This document shows, in pieces, positions 47,609-57,611 of a stretch of 64,000 nucleotides of DNA; within the stretch, counting starts at the first letter, position 1, and each line of letters begins with the position of its first letter. Under the pieces are notes generated by a model. It was not told where the DNA came from, ran no database searches, and saw only the letters and a program-made list of their open reading frames with translations. The position numbers and the translations under genes were made by a program. The stretch comes from Escherichia phage ECO4. Location: the sequence record NC_054911.1. The stretch is one strand, 5' to 3'.

Positions 47609-48084
47609 TTATTTGATTTGTTTAGCAGACCAAATGCGGTCTTTAATAATTTTTTGGATGTCTTCAACATACTCTAGGTCATGAGCATGTGGGTTATCTT
47701 TAAAGCTATGAGCACGAGCTAGCTTTTGGCCTTCAGTTTTGATTACTAAAAGCTCTTTAAGGATAGCTTCATATTTGGAGATAATTCCTTTAACGATATT
47801 TTTTTTTCTTGTGCGACTTTAGGATCTGCTTTAGGAGCAGGTTTACCCGAAGCCTTTGCAAAAGCAGCGCCAGTAGCAACTAAACTTTTCCAGGCCATAC
47901 TAACTGCATTTCCCGTAAATCCTTCCGCTTTCATGTCGCGTGCGAACTGAAATCGCGATTCATCAGAAGCATCTTTGTAAGAATATTTACCCGCTGCAAT
48001 GGCTGCTTTTGCGACAGCTTGAATTTCGGTGCTAGATGCTTCATTTAACACCGCTTCATTTAAAAATTGAGTATATGATTTCAT
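47609..48084 (-). CDS. internal-protein-like gene with capsid-targeting N-terminus, broken by a frameshift at an A9 tract
   Basis: N-terminus MKSYTQFLNEA; annotated frame stops at 47746 but a start-less protein-like frame continues to a stop at 47609 next to the terminator; frames meet at the T9/A9 run 47799-47807; late promoter TATAAATA upstream. Confidence 0.5.
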
Positions 48085-48120
48085 CTTATTTCCTGTTTTA
48101 ATTCGTGGATTTAATATACT

Positions 48121-48128
48121 TATTTATA
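48121..48128 (-). promoter_or_regulatory. late promoter TATAAATA for internal-protein-like gene
   Basis: Minus-strand TATAAATA immediately after terminator hairpin, 37 nt upstream of ATG 48084. Confidence 0.6.
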
Positions 48129-48130
48129 CT

Positions 48131-48158
48131 AAAAAGCCCCAACCTTTCGGTCGGGGCT
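48131..48158 (-). terminator. intrinsic terminator (10-bp stem, GAAA loop, U5); near-identical copy of the 47574 element
   Basis: AGCCCCGACC-GAAA-GGUUGGGGCU followed by UUUUU. Confidence 0.75.
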
Positions 48159-48465
48159 AAGCCTTGCGGCAACCTTGTCGGGGTTCCACCTGCTAAGGCA
48201 AGTGTTTGTACGAAACGCCGGGATTCGAACCCGGTTATCAAGCAGTTGACGCTACTCAATATTTTTAAAAGGCCATATCTCGACCATATCCGAACGTTCC
48301 GTCAAAAACGCTACTCGGTTTACGGCAAAGATATTTCCTCGAATCGATAATTCGGTGCGCCGTTTCTGCTGTGATAGTAAAGAGCCAGAACACAGTAAAA
48401 CTGTGGGAGGAAACTATACTCCAGGGAACATCAGTCCGACGACTTACCGGTAGCGACCCGGTTTC
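48159..48465 (-). ncRNA. candidate small stable RNA(s) downstream of tRNA cluster (T4 RNA C/D-like position)
   Basis: No ORF; contains tRNA-like T-arm GGGTTCGAATCCCGG and stem-forming segments; ends at a strong terminator hairpin. Confidence 0.35.
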
Positions 48466-48816
48466 TTAGTATTCTTTTAAAGCATCAACCTGTTCACGAC
48501 GTTTACGCCATAAATCAATTACTTCATACGCAGATTCAGCATTTCGAATTGGACGGCATTTATATAAAGACTTGTGATTTTGATATTGTGTAGATAACGG
48601 AATTTTATCTAAAAGGTCTTTACGTTCAAAATATTCGTAACCATCTAAACCAAATGAACGATTTTTGAGAAATTGCCAATGACCAAATTCGTTTTCGACA
48701 TAAACATAATCTGCGTGTTGATAAAGCAAATTAGTTTCACGAGATGAGATATGGTTTTCATATTCATTGAAGTAAAATGTTAAATCATGAACTACTAAGT
48801 AAACATTACCTTTCAT
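48466..48816 (-). CDS. hypothetical protein
   Basis: 116 aa, strong RBS GAGGAAAATATG, immediately downstream of tRNA-Arg. Confidence 0.55.
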   Translation of the reverse strand: MKGNVYLVVHDLTFYFNEYENHISSRETNLLYQHADYVYVENEFGHWQFLKNRSFGLDGYEYFERKDLLDKIPLSTQYQNHKSLYKCRPIRNAESAYEVIDLWRKRREQVDALKEY

Positions 48817-48834
48817 ATTTTCCTCACTTATAAT

Positions 48835-48910
48835 TGGTCGAGGCAGTAGGGATCGAACCTACGACCCAGGACTTAGAAGGTCCTTGCTCTTCCTTCTGAG
48901 CTATGCCTCG
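48835..48910 (-). tRNA. tRNA-Arg (anticodon UCU), CCA encoded
   Basis: Manual cloverleaf: acceptor CGAGGCA/TGCCTCG, anticodon loop CTTCTAA, T-loop TTCGATC. Confidence 0.8.
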
Positions 48911-48914
48911 TATT

Positions 48915-48989
48915 TGGCGGACGTGATAGGATTCGAACCTATAACCAATCACTTAACAGGCGATCGCTCTGCCATTGAGCTACACATCC
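48915..48989 (-). tRNA. tRNA-Asn (anticodon GUU), CCA encoded
   Basis: Manual cloverleaf: acceptor GGATGTG/CACGTCC, D-stem GCTC/GAGC, anticodon loop CTGTTAA, T-loop TTCGAAT. Confidence 0.75.
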
Positions 48990-48993
48990 AAAT

Positions 48994-49080
48994 TGGTGGG
49001 GAGTGATGGAGTCGAACCACCCGAGTCGCAATGACAATGGATTTACAGTCCACACCGCTACCTCTACGGGATAACTCCCC
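48994..49080 (-). tRNA. tRNA-Tyr (anticodon GUA), class II with long variable arm, CCA encoded
   Basis: Manual fold: acceptor GGGGAGT/ACTCCCC, anticodon loop CTGTAAA, long variable arm, T-loop TTCGACT. Confidence 0.7.
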
Positions 49081-49089
49081 AAATTAATT

Positions 49090-49164
49090 TGGTGGCCCTG
49101 GGTGGAATTGAACCACCATCTGGCGATTATGAGTCGCTTGCTTGAACCTTCCAGCTACAGGGCC
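49090..49164 (-). tRNA. tRNA with CAU anticodon (Ile2 or Met), CCA encoded
   Basis: Acceptor GGCCCTG/CAGGGCC, anticodon loop CTCATAA, T-loop TTCAATT; position of tRNA-Ile in T4. Confidence 0.75.
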
Positions 49165-49165
49165 T

Positions 49166-49241
49166 TGGTGCTGATTGACGGAATCGAACCGCCGACCTTC
49201 TCATTACAAGTGAGTTGCTCTACCTACTGAGCTAAATCAGC
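49166..49241 (-). tRNA. tRNA-Thr (anticodon UGU), CCA encoded
   Basis: Acceptor GCTGATT/AATCAGC, anticodon loop CTTGTAA, T-loop TTCGATT. Confidence 0.8.
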
Positions 49242-49246
49242 AAAAC

Positions 49247-49336
49247 TGGCGGAGGCGATAGGATTTGAACCTATGAGTCGCCGGAGCGACTGCCGGTTTT
49301 CAAGACCGGTGCATTAAACCACTCTGCCACGCCTCC
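49247..49336 (-). tRNA. tRNA-Ser (anticodon UGA), class II
   Basis: Acceptor GGAGGCG/CGCCTCC, anticodon stem CCGGT/ACCGG with loop CTTGAAA, long variable arm. Confidence 0.8.
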
Positions 49337-49338
49337 AG

Positions 49339-49412
49339 TCTCCGCGGCAGGATTTGAACCTACGACATTCTGCTCCCAAAGCAGACGCTCTACCAAACTG
49401 AGCTACACGGAG
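49339..49412 (-). tRNA. tRNA-Pro (anticodon UGG), CCA not encoded
   Basis: Acceptor CTCCGTG/CGCGGAG (C1-G72), anticodon loop TTTGGGA, T-loop TTCAAAT. Confidence 0.8.
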
Positions 49413-49422
49413 TAAATTAAAT

Positions 49423-49496
<74 letters not shown>

Positions 49497-49501
49497 AAAT
49501 T

Positions 49502-49588
49502 TGGTGCGAGAAGTGGGACTCGAACCCACAAGGAAATCATTCCGCAGCATTTTAAGTGCTGTGCCTTTACCAATTTGACCATTCTCGC
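49502..49588 (-). tRNA. tRNA-Leu (anticodon UAA), class II, CCA encoded
   Basis: Acceptor GCGAGAA/TTCTCGC, anticodon stem CAGCA/TGCTG loop CTTAAAA, long variable arm. Confidence 0.8.
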
Positions 49589-49589
49589 G

Positions 49590-49662
49590 CTGGGAATAAA
49601 GGACTCGAACCTTTGCATCCTGGAATCAAAATCCAGTGCCTTACCAACTTGGCTAATTCCCA
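49590..49662 (-). tRNA. tRNA-Gln (anticodon UUG), CCA not encoded
   Basis: Acceptor TGGGAAT/ATTCCCA, anticodon stem CTGGA/TCCAG loop TTTTGAT, T-loop TTCGAGT. Confidence 0.8.
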
Positions 49663-49759
49663 ATTATTAACAAAGGCTCTCTAACAAGAACCCTTGATGA
49701 TAGAGGGTATTAATCAGTGCGGTATGAGTTAATAATAACAAATAATTCTTAAAGCATAT

Positions 49760-50053
49760 TTACCATTTATGATAATACATATTTACGATGCATTCAAGAC
49801 CCAAAGGATTCTTGAAAATATCATATTCAAGAGGACCTTTTTCTGTTTCAATAAAGAAATCAAAATTTACTGTATTAAATTTACGGTCTTCCTTCACTAA
49901 TTTAACTTGTGAAGATGAACGGTCAATGTAAACCTTTTCAACTTCAAAATATGTTAAAATGCCATAATCATCAATCAAGGCTTTAGCCGCGTCTTGATCA
50001 TATTTATATCCATTTTCAATGGATGATACTTTCGCATAAAGAATCATTATCAA
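49760..50053 (-). CDS. hypothetical protein
   Basis: 97 aa ORF between tRNA array and ipI. Confidence 0.5.
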   Translation of the reverse strand: MIMILYAKVSSIENGYKYDQDAAKALIDDYGILTYFEVEKVYIDRSSSQVKLVKEDRKFNTVNFDFFIETEKGPLEYDIFKNPLGLECIVNMYYHKW

Positions 50054-50472
50054 CCTTCATCAACAATAGTGTGCGTATTGGCATTTACAATTTGCCACCA
50101 ATCAAAGCGATTAGAACCATAATCTAGTTTGTTTTCATTTTCTTTGATAATGTCACGGAGTTCATCTTCGGTAGCGGCTTTCGCTATTAAATCAGCATAT
50201 CCACCACGAGGATAATAATTATCACCTGCAAAAAGTAAAAAGTTTGGTTTAATGTTATTGAACTCTTCAAGAGTAATAACTTTTCCTAGTGGTAGTTGAA
50301 CAATCTCTACATATTTATATCCTAATTTTTGAGCAGCATCTACTGCTTCAAGCAAAGTATCATGAGCCCATCCAATTTGACAACCTGGCTTTTCCGATGG
50401 ATTAGCCTGATAATCCGCATACACTTTGTACATTCTATTCACCTTTAGAAATTTTATCCATAACGATAGCAA
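50050..50472 (-). CDS. hypothetical protein
   Basis: 140 aa ORF; start approximate (possible MYKVYADY start). Confidence 0.5.
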   Translation of the reverse strand: MLSLWIKFLKVNRMYKVYADYQANPSEKPGCQIGWAHDTLLEAVDAAQKLGYKYVEIVQLPLGKVITLEEFNNIKPNFLLFAGDNYYPRGGYADLIAKAATEDELRDIIKENENKLDYGSNRFDWWQIVNANTHTIVDEG

Positions 50473-50620
50473 TTAAACCAATTAAAAATGCTACTACAAG
50501 TGAAAACACATTTTCTGCTGTAGTCAATAATCCGCATATAAATCCAACAAACATTGAAAAACTAAAAGCGGAAGCAGAAATTGCAATAGCAACATTTCGA
50601 ATTAATTCACAACGTTTCAT
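50435..50620 (-). CDS. small membrane protein
   Basis: 61 aa, two hydrophobic helices, RBS GGAG, downstream of early promoter. Confidence 0.5.
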   Translation of the reverse strand: MKRCELIRNVAIAISASAFSFSMFVGFICGLLTTAENVFSLVVAFLIGLIAIVMDKISKGE

Positions 50621-50648
50621 TTTATTCTCCTCAGTAGTTGATAGGGTA

Positions 50649-50678
50649 ATAGTATCACAACTAAAACCCTATGTAAAC
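50649..50678 (-). promoter_or_regulatory. early promoter, GTTTAC-18nt-TACTAT
   Basis: Upstream of ORF 50435-50620. Confidence 0.7.
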
Positions 50679-50696
50679 AACTTTGTGAAAAATTTA

Positions 50697-50981
50697 TTAC
50701 AAAAGATTTTTAGCAATAATTTTAAGCTGAGCTACTGAAATATGCTTGGCTTTAAACAAAGCAGTTTCTTCAGCAGGTGAGATAACGATTGTAGCACCAT
50801 CTTTCTTAGCGGACCATCCATCACCCAGGTAAACAGTACCTTTGACTTCTTCGCCATCAACCAGGCTAATCATCGGTTTACCTTCACGTCCTTTGTTTGC
50901 TTTAATAACTTCAGAAGTAAGGGTCGCTTCAGTCAAAGTAGAAGCGTTAGTCGTTGAAGTGAATTCTTGATAAGTTTTCAT
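50697..50981 (-). CDS. ipI: internal protein I-like (capsid-targeted, DNA-co-injected protein)
   Basis: N-terminus MKTYQEF capsid-targeting sequence; position immediately before 57B as in T4; early promoter upstream. Confidence 0.7.
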   Translation of the reverse strand: MKTYQEFTSTTNASTLTEATLTSEVIKANKGREGKPMISLVDGEEVKGTVYLGDGWSAKKDGATIVISPAEETALFKAKHISVAQLKIIAKNLL

Positions 50982-51016
50982 TTTATTTTCCTAAATTAAT
51001 AAATGTGTTGATGGAG

Positions 51017-51046
51017 ATAATATCACTTCTCCATCATCGTGTAAAC
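51017..51046 (-). promoter_or_regulatory. early promoter, GTTTAC-18nt-TATTAT
   Basis: Upstream of ipI. Confidence 0.7.
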
Positions 51047-51063
51047 AACTTTGTGAAATTATT

Positions 51064-51742
<679 letters not shown>

Positions 51743-51743
<1 letters not shown>

Positions 51744-52468
51744 TATAGTACCTTTAGTGTATTTTTAATTTTAGAAAAAAGTTCTTCAAGAGAACCATCG
51801 TTTGTAATTACTAAATCACCATCACGAATTGGCAATCCAGCTTCTGTAATATGTGTATCATTGGATTTTTGACCAGGACGAACTACATGAATTACTGTAG
51901 CACCCATCGCCCTAGCCGCATCCATTTCATGATCTTGACGGGTATCAGGAACGATATAATAATCATAACCTGAGTTAAATTTATCAAGATAATCTAAAGC
52001 AAATAATTTTACCCAGTACATGCGGTCGAAGTTATTAACAATCAAATCCGTACCTAGGGCTTGCATCAGACGACGGACTGACCATTGATCTTCAATATTA
52101 TTTATAACGTCAATAATCTTGTTAAATGCTACGGAATTAACTGATTCTTGTCCTTCGTCATCAAAAACAAACACACCCTTAATTGGGCTTTTACCATTAA
52201 GATAGCAAAATGCTTGTTCCATAATCGTAATTACTTCTAATTTAGTCAGATTTAAATTAGTTTCACGATCATAGTCAATTCCTTCAAACTCTTTACGAGT
52301 TAAACAAGGATAGTCAGTGTTTGCTGCAAATACACCCCATGCATAAGCCAATGCATCCTTAATAGGACCAGCAAGTTGGTATTTAACTGCAGAATAATTG
52401 CTCATGATAAAATCAGCAGTAGTATCTTTTCCACTACGCTTTACACCGCTTAAAAAGATTAGTTTCAT
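51743..52468 (-). CDS. 1: deoxynucleoside monophosphate kinase
   Basis: 241 aa from MKLIFLSGVKRSGKDT (P-loop); RBS GAGGAGAAA; track start extended. Confidence 0.93.
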
Positions 52469-52517
52469 GTGTTTCTCCTCAAATTTAATTAAGATTATAA
52501 CACACAAAACTGAAGCA

Positions 52518-53048
52518 TTAAACTTCCGCTATAATTTTTCCATCTTTTTCTACTTGAAAATAGGTGTAAGGAATCGTTGCAGTACATACTAAAGCCGGGT
52601 CTGAATCTTCTGTGTAGCTAAATTCTACTTCAGATAGGTCAGAAACCCAAGGCTTATAAAAATTTATTGACATCACGATTTCAGTTTTGCTATTATCTAA
52701 GATGTAAAGCGTAATGTACTCAGGACCTGTTTTTTGGGCAGTATTTTCACCTGTAAGATAGTTGCTAGTTCCTAACATCCATTCATACATTCCTATCCAC
52801 GACTTAAGTTCTTCATCAACTATAAATCTCACAATGAGTGGATCATACTCAAATGTAACACCTGGACGTTGTGCTCGGCCCAGTCCAAACGGCCCAGTCA
52901 CGGTATCAGTAACAGGTATCCTAATTCCCGGAATAGGAACTGACTGAGCATTTAAAGTAAAAGCAGATGTAGTATTACTATGCGGTATTGATACTACAAA
53001 GTTAGTTGTATTTGCTTGGTTAAAAATTTGTTGTAGTGCTTGCGACAT
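52518..53048 (-). CDS. 3: tail completion/sheath stabiliser protein
   Basis: 176 aa from MSQALQQIFNQ; RBS GAGGAA. Confidence 0.85.
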   Translation of the reverse strand: MSQALQQIFNQANTTNFVVSIPHSNTTSAFTLNAQSVPIPGIRIPVTDTVTGPFGLGRAQRPGVTFEYDPLIVRFIVDEELKSWIGMYEWMLGTSNYLTGENTAQKTGPEYITLYILDNSKTEIVMSINFYKPWVSDLSEVEFSYTEDSDPALVCTATIPYTYFQVEKDGKIIAEV

Positions 53049-53154
53049 ATATTCCTCATAATGCTTCATAAATGTTGGTGGTATAATGGGTCTAAGTCCC
53101 TTCCATTCAATTCCAATTAGAACAAACAACAGAAAAGAATGGAAGATAATAGAA

Positions 53155-53979
53155 TTAGATATTTGACCAGACTTTGTTTGCAGAGAAACGTTTTCCTTTT
53201 GAAACGAACTGCTGAAGTGGCATCAACACAACGTTCGCCCAGTCTTTCGGGGCGATTTCAACGAGGCTACCCATAATATTACCGGGTATATATGCCTTAA
53301 TCATTTGATCTGCACCCCTAAATCCTTTCACTTGACTCCAATCAATTTTTAATTTCGTTTTATTAGTAATAGTAGGTGTATTTGAATATTGCTTTAAAAG
53401 CTCTTCTAGAAATTGCTGACGAGCTTTAGGTGGAATATAGTGCAAGTTCAATCCGTACATTAAATTATGCTTACCTAAACCAAGGTAAATTATCAAAGGA
53501 AATTTATCCCAGTAAGGAAGAGTTTCCTTGTGTTTAGCATCATAAGCAAAAGCATATATTCGTCCCGGCTGCGGGCGAACAACTTTATGTCCTTTTACTT
53601 GCTTAATAGTTTCAGCAAACCATTTTCTGGTTTTATTATTAATTGCTGCACCTTCATTACGAATTTTATCGCGCAATGTTTGTCTGAATGAATTTATCAT
53701 AAGCAGTTGTCTTTCTTGCTTATTGAGTTTATTCATTGGTTTTGATTCAAGCTTTTGAATCTTTTCAGCTGTTTTAATTCCTGAAGCATATTTTGACATT
53801 GCCGAAGTAAACGTAGAGTATTTGATTCCTCTTTCTTCAGCAAATTGCTTTCCTGTCATTCCTTTTGCTTTGGCCTTTTTGTATTCAAGACCTATCTGAA
53901 TCCATTTCTTTTCGTTTAATGATTGCTTAACCTTTGGAACTTGGGGAGTACTTTCATTAATTATTTGAAAAATAGCCAT
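53155..53979 (-). CDS. 2: DNA end-protector protein
   Basis: 274 aa [19 protein letters not shown]...; length and position as T4 gp2. Confidence 0.88.
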   Translation of the reverse strand: MAIFQIINESTPQVPKVKQSLNEKKWIQIGLEYKKAKAKGMTGKQFAEERGIKYSTFTSAMSKYASGIKTAEKIQKLESKPMNKLNKQERQLLMINSFRQTLRDKIRNEGAAINNKTRKWFAETIKQVKGHKVVRPQPGRIYAFAYDAKHKETLPYWDKFPLIIYLGLGKHNLMYGLNLHYIPPKARQQFLEELLKQYSNTPTITNKTKLKIDWSQVKGFRGADQMIKAYIPGNIMGSLVEIAPKDWANVVLMPLQQFVSKGKRFSANKVWSNI

Positions 53980-54431
53980 TATGCCCCCTTAAAGCCAAGA
54001 GCTCGTAATCCATCTTCTGTTAGAATTCTAAATTTTATTCCACGCTTTTCAGCTAAAGCTTGCGCTGCTTTCCATTTGTCAGTATTAACGGAATATGTAT
54101 AAATTTCATTCATAAATCTTTTCTTCGCTGCAGTTGTTAGATGTGCTGGTTTAACTGGTGGTTGTGTTTCTTTTTTAGGTTTTATTTCAATAAAAAATTC
54201 TTGCCCAGAAGAATCTTTCATCCAAATATCCATGAAGTATCTACGTTTTTTCCCTTCTGCATTACAAAAATAAGGAATTACTGCTGTTTCACTACCCCAT
54301 GCAATAATTTCTGGATTTTTATCTAACCATTCAAAAAAGAATTTTTCCCAATTTGATCTATACGTAATTTTTTTAGGGTCACCTCTATATTTTGATATAT
54401 TTTTAGGAACCCATTTTCCAGAATATGCCAT
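53979..54431 (-). CDS. 4: head completion protein
   Basis: 150 aa [32 protein letters not shown]; late promoter upstream. Confidence 0.9.
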   Translation of the reverse strand: MAYSGKWVPKNISKYRGDPKKITYRSNWEKFFFEWLDKNPEIIAWGSETAVIPYFCNAEGKKRRYFMDIWMKDSSGQEFFIEIKPKKETQPPVKPAHLTTAAKKRFMNEIYTYSVNTDKWKAAQALAEKRGIKFRILTEDGLRALGFKGA

Positions 54432-54442
54432 TGGATTCTCCT

Positions 54443-54450
54443 TATAAATA
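54443..54450 (+). promoter_or_regulatory. late promoter TATAAATA for gene 53
   Basis: Plus-strand TATAAATA 29 nt upstream of gene 53 ATG. Confidence 0.7.
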
Positions 54451-54457
54451 GATAATA

Positions 54458-54465
54458 TATTTATA
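54458..54465 (-). promoter_or_regulatory. late promoter TATAAATA for gene 4 (divergent with gene 53 promoter)
   Basis: Minus-strand TATAAATA 27 nt upstream of gene 4 ATG. Confidence 0.7.
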
Positions 54466-54478
54466 AACAGGAGGGCCC

Positions 54479-55069
54479 ATGCTCTTTACATTTTTTGATC
54501 CGATTGAATATGCGGCCAAAACGGTGAATAAAAACGCGCCGACTATTCCTATGACAGATATTTTTAGAAACTATAAAGACTATTTCAAACGCGCTCTTGC
54601 GGGATATCGCTTACGCACTTACTATATCAAAGGTTCACCACGCCCGGAAGAATTAGCAAATGCTATATATGGAAATCCACAGCTGTATTGGGTTTTATTG
54701 ATGTGTAATGATAATTATGATCCATATTATGGATGGATTACTTCGCAAGAAGCTGCTTATCAAGCATCTATACAAAAATACAAAAACGTAGGTGGAGACC
54801 AAATAGTATATCATGTGAATGAGAACGGTGAAAAATTTTACAATTTAATATCATACGATGATAATCCATATGTTTGGTATGATAAAGGCGATAAAGCTAG
54901 AAAATATCCTCAATATGAAGGAGCGCTTGCTGCGGTCGATACGTATGAAGCGGCTGTTCTTGAAAATGAAAAACTTCGTCAAATAAAAATAATAGCAAAA
55001 TCAGACATCAATTCATTTATGAACGACCTTATACGTATAATGGAGAAATCTTATGGAAATGATAAGTAA
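54479..55069 (+). CDS. 53: baseplate wedge protein
   Basis: 196 aa; late promoter TATAAATA upstream. Confidence 0.9.
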   Translation: MLFTFFDPIEYAAKTVNKNAPTIPMTDIFRNYKDYFKRALAGYRLRTYYIKGSPRPEELANAIYGNPQLYWVLLMCNDNYDPYYGWITSQEAAYQASIQKYKNVGGDQIVYHVNENGEKFYNLISYDDNPYVWYDKGDKARKYPQYEGALAAVDTYEAAVLENEKLRQIKIIAKSDINSFMNDLIRIMEKSYGNDK

Positions 55070-56780
55070 TAACCTTAATTGGTTTGTTGGTGTTGTTGAA
55101 GATAGAATGGACCCATTAAAATTAGGTCGTGTTCGTGTTCGTGTGGTTGGTCTGCATCCACCTCAAAGAGCACAAGGCGATGTAATGGGTATTCCAACTG
55201 AAAAATTACCATGGATGTCAGTTATTCAACCTATAACTTCTGCAGCAATGTCTGGAATTGGAGGTTCTGTTACTGGACCGGTAGAAGGAACTAGAGTTTA
55301 TGGTCATTTTTTAGACAAATGGAAAACTAACGGAATTGTCCTTGGCACGTATGGTGGAATAGTTCGCGAAAAACCGAATAGACTTGAAGGATTTTCTGAC
55401 CCAACTGGGCAATATCCTAGACGTTTAGGAAATGATACTAATGTATTAAACCAAGGCGGAGAAGTAGGATATGATTCGTCTTCTAACATTATCCAAGATA
55501 GTAACTTAGACACTGCAATAAATCCCGATGATAGACCACTATCAGAGATTCCAACCGATGATAATCCAAATATGTCAATGGCTGACATGCTTCGCCGTGA
55601 TGAAGGATTAAGACTAAAAGTTTATTGGGATACTGAAGGATATCCGACAATTGGTATTGGTCATCTTATCATGAAGCAGCCAGTTCGTGATATGGCTCAA
55701 ATTAATAAAGTTTTATCAAAACAAGTTGGTCGTGAAATTACTGGAAACCCAGGTTCTATTACGATGGAAGAGGCGACGACTTTATTTGAACGTGATTTGG
55801 CTGATATGCAACGGGACATTAAATCACATTCTAAAGTAGGACCAGTCTGGCAAGCTGTCAACCGTTCTCGTCAAATGGCGTTAGAAAATATGGCATTTCA
55901 AATGGGTGTTGGCGGTGTAGCTAAATTTAACACAATGTTAACTGCTATGTTAGCCGGAGATTGGGAAAAAGCATATAAAGCCGGTCGTGATTCATTGTGG
56001 TATCAACAAACAAAAGGCCGTGCATCCCGTGTTACCATGATTATTCTTACGGGGAATTTGGAATCATATGGTGTTGAAGTGAAAACCCCAGCTAGGTCTC
56101 TATCAGCAATGGCTGCTACTGTAGCTAAATCTTCTGACCCGGCTGACCCTCCTATTCCAAATGACTCGAGAATTTTATTCAAAGAACCAGTTTCTTCATA
56201 TAAAGGTGAATATCCTTATGTGCATACAATGGAAACTGAAAGCGGACATATTCAGGAATTTGATGATACTCCTGGACAAGAACGATACAGATTAGTTCAT
56301 CCGACTGGAACTTATGAAGAAGTATCACCGTCAGGAAGAAGAACAAGAAAAACTGTCGATAATTTGTATGATATAACCAACGCTGATGGTAATTTTTTGG
56401 TAGCCGGTGATAAAAAGACTAACGTCGGTGGATCAGAAATTTATTACAACATGGATAATCGTCTTCACCAGATAGATGGAAGCAATACAATATTTGTACG
56501 TGGCGACGAAACGAAAACTGTTGAAGGAAATGGAACTATCCTAGTTAAAGGTAATGTTACTATTGTAGTTGAAGGTAATGCTGACATTACAGTTAAAGGA
56601 GATGCTACCACTTTAGTTGAAGGAAATCAAACTAACACAGTAAATGGAAATCTTTCTTGGAAAGTTGCTGGGACAGTTGATTGGGACGTTGGTGGTGATT
56701 GGACAGAAAAAATGGCATCTATGAGTTCTATTTCATCTGGTCAATACACAATTGATGGATCGAGGATTGACATTGGCTAA
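55053..56780 (+). CDS. 5: baseplate hub/cell-puncturing protein with lysozyme domain
   Basis: 575 aa; OB-fold N-term, lysozyme domain MLRRDEGLRLKVYWDTEGYPTIGIGHLI, C-terminal beta-helix VxGxxxxx repeats. Confidence 0.95.
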   Translation: MEMISNNLNWFVGVVEDRMDPLKLGRVRVRVVGLHPPQRAQGDVMGIPTEKLPWMSVIQPITSAAMSGIGGSVTGPVEGTRVYGHFLDKWKTNGIVLGTYGGIVREKPNRLEGFSDPTGQYPRRLGNDTNVLNQGGEVGYDSSSNIIQDSNLDTAINPDDRPLSEIPTDDNPNMSMADMLRRDEGLRLKVYWDTEGYPTIGIGHLIMKQPVRDMAQINKVLSKQVGREITGNPGSITMEEATTLFERDLADMQRDIKSHSKVGPVWQAVNRSRQMALENMAFQMGVGGVAKFNTMLTAMLAGDWEKAYKAGRDSLWYQQTKGRASRVTMIILTGNLESYGVEVKTPARSLSAMAATVAKSSDPADPPIPNDSRILFKEPVSSYKGEYPYVHTMETESGHIQEFDDTPGQERYRLVHPTGTYEEVSPSGRRTRKTVDNLYDITNADGNFLVAGDKKTNVGGSEIYYNMDNRLHQIDGSNTIFVRGDETKTVEGNGTILVKGNVTIVVEGNADITVKGDATTLVEGNQTNTVNGNLSWKVAGTVDWDVGGDWTEKMASMSSISSGQYTIDGSRIDIG

Positions 56781-57309
56781 TATACTTCCAATGAGCGCTG
56801 ATTTAGGAGAATCCATGGAAGGTTCTTCTATCGACGTCACCTTTACCGCTCAATTAGAAACAGGTGAAACGTTAGTATCTATAAATATAACTAGTTACGA
56901 AGAAACTCCTGGGGTTTTAGTAGAAGAAAATCGCTTATACGGAACATATGAATCTGTGTTTGGATTTGGAAATGACGCGTTGAAATATCGTTTAGGCGAT
57001 GAATTTAAAACTGCTGCTTCATGGGAAGAACTTCCTACTGATTCTGATACTCAGTTGTATTTATGGAAAGCTCCTCAAAACCTCCAGAAGACATTCACTT
57101 ACGAAGTAACATTAATATATGACTACCAAGAACAAAGTGAATCTGGAGGTTCTGGCAGTAATTCTAGGTCATCTTCTGATACTACTGAACCGACAGATCC
57201 TCCTGCTCCAGTAAGAAAAACTCTCGTTAAAAATTATACTAAAACTATAGTTGGAAATTGGAGTCGTTGGGCTAATAAATTAAGAAGCTATGTGTATGAG
57301 AGGTCATAG
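56752..57309 (+). CDS. 5.1: hypothetical protein 5.1
   Basis: 185 aa ORF between 5 and 5.4; start approximate. Confidence 0.6.
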   Translation: MMDRGLTLANILPMSADLGESMEGSSIDVTFTAQLETGETLVSINITSYEETPGVLVEENRLYGTYESVFGFGNDALKYRLGDEFKTAASWEELPTDSDTQLYLWKAPQNLQKTFTYEVTLIYDYQEQSESGGSGSNSRSSSDTTEPTDPPAPVRKTLVKNYTKTIVGNWSRWANKLRSYVYERS

Positions 57310-57603
57310 ATGTCAGGATTAAGTTATGATAAGTGTGTTACTGCCGGCCATGAAGCATGGCCTCCAACAGTTGTGAATGCTACACAAAGTAAAGTATTCA
57401 CTGGAGGAATTGCTGTTCTCGTAGCAGGTGATCCAATTACAGAACATACAGAAATTAAAAAGCCATATGAAACACATGGCGGAGTGACACAACCTAGAAC
57501 TTCTAAGGTATATGTCACTGGAAAGAAAGCGGTTCAAATGGCTGATCAAATATCATGCGGTGATACTGTGGCTCAGGCATCATCTAAAGTATTCATTAAA
57601 TAG
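57310..57603 (+). CDS. 5.4: PAAR-like spike-tip protein
   Basis: 97 aa ORF directly upstream of gene 6. Confidence 0.75.
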   Translation: MSGLSYDKCVTAGHEAWPPTVVNATQSKVFTGGIAVLVAGDPITEHTEIKKPYETHGGVTQPRTSKVYVTGKKAVQMADQISCGDTVAQASSKVFIK

Positions 57604-57611
57604 GATTTAAA

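Noticed and set aside
57319-57549. Minus-strand ORFs inside baseplate genes (57319-57549, 57324-57518, 59120-59317, 61389-61778, 62391-62591, 63035-63370) and plus ORF 58174-58368
   Set aside because: Antisense or alternative-frame ORFs within the long, well-supported late genes 5.4, 6, 7 and 8.
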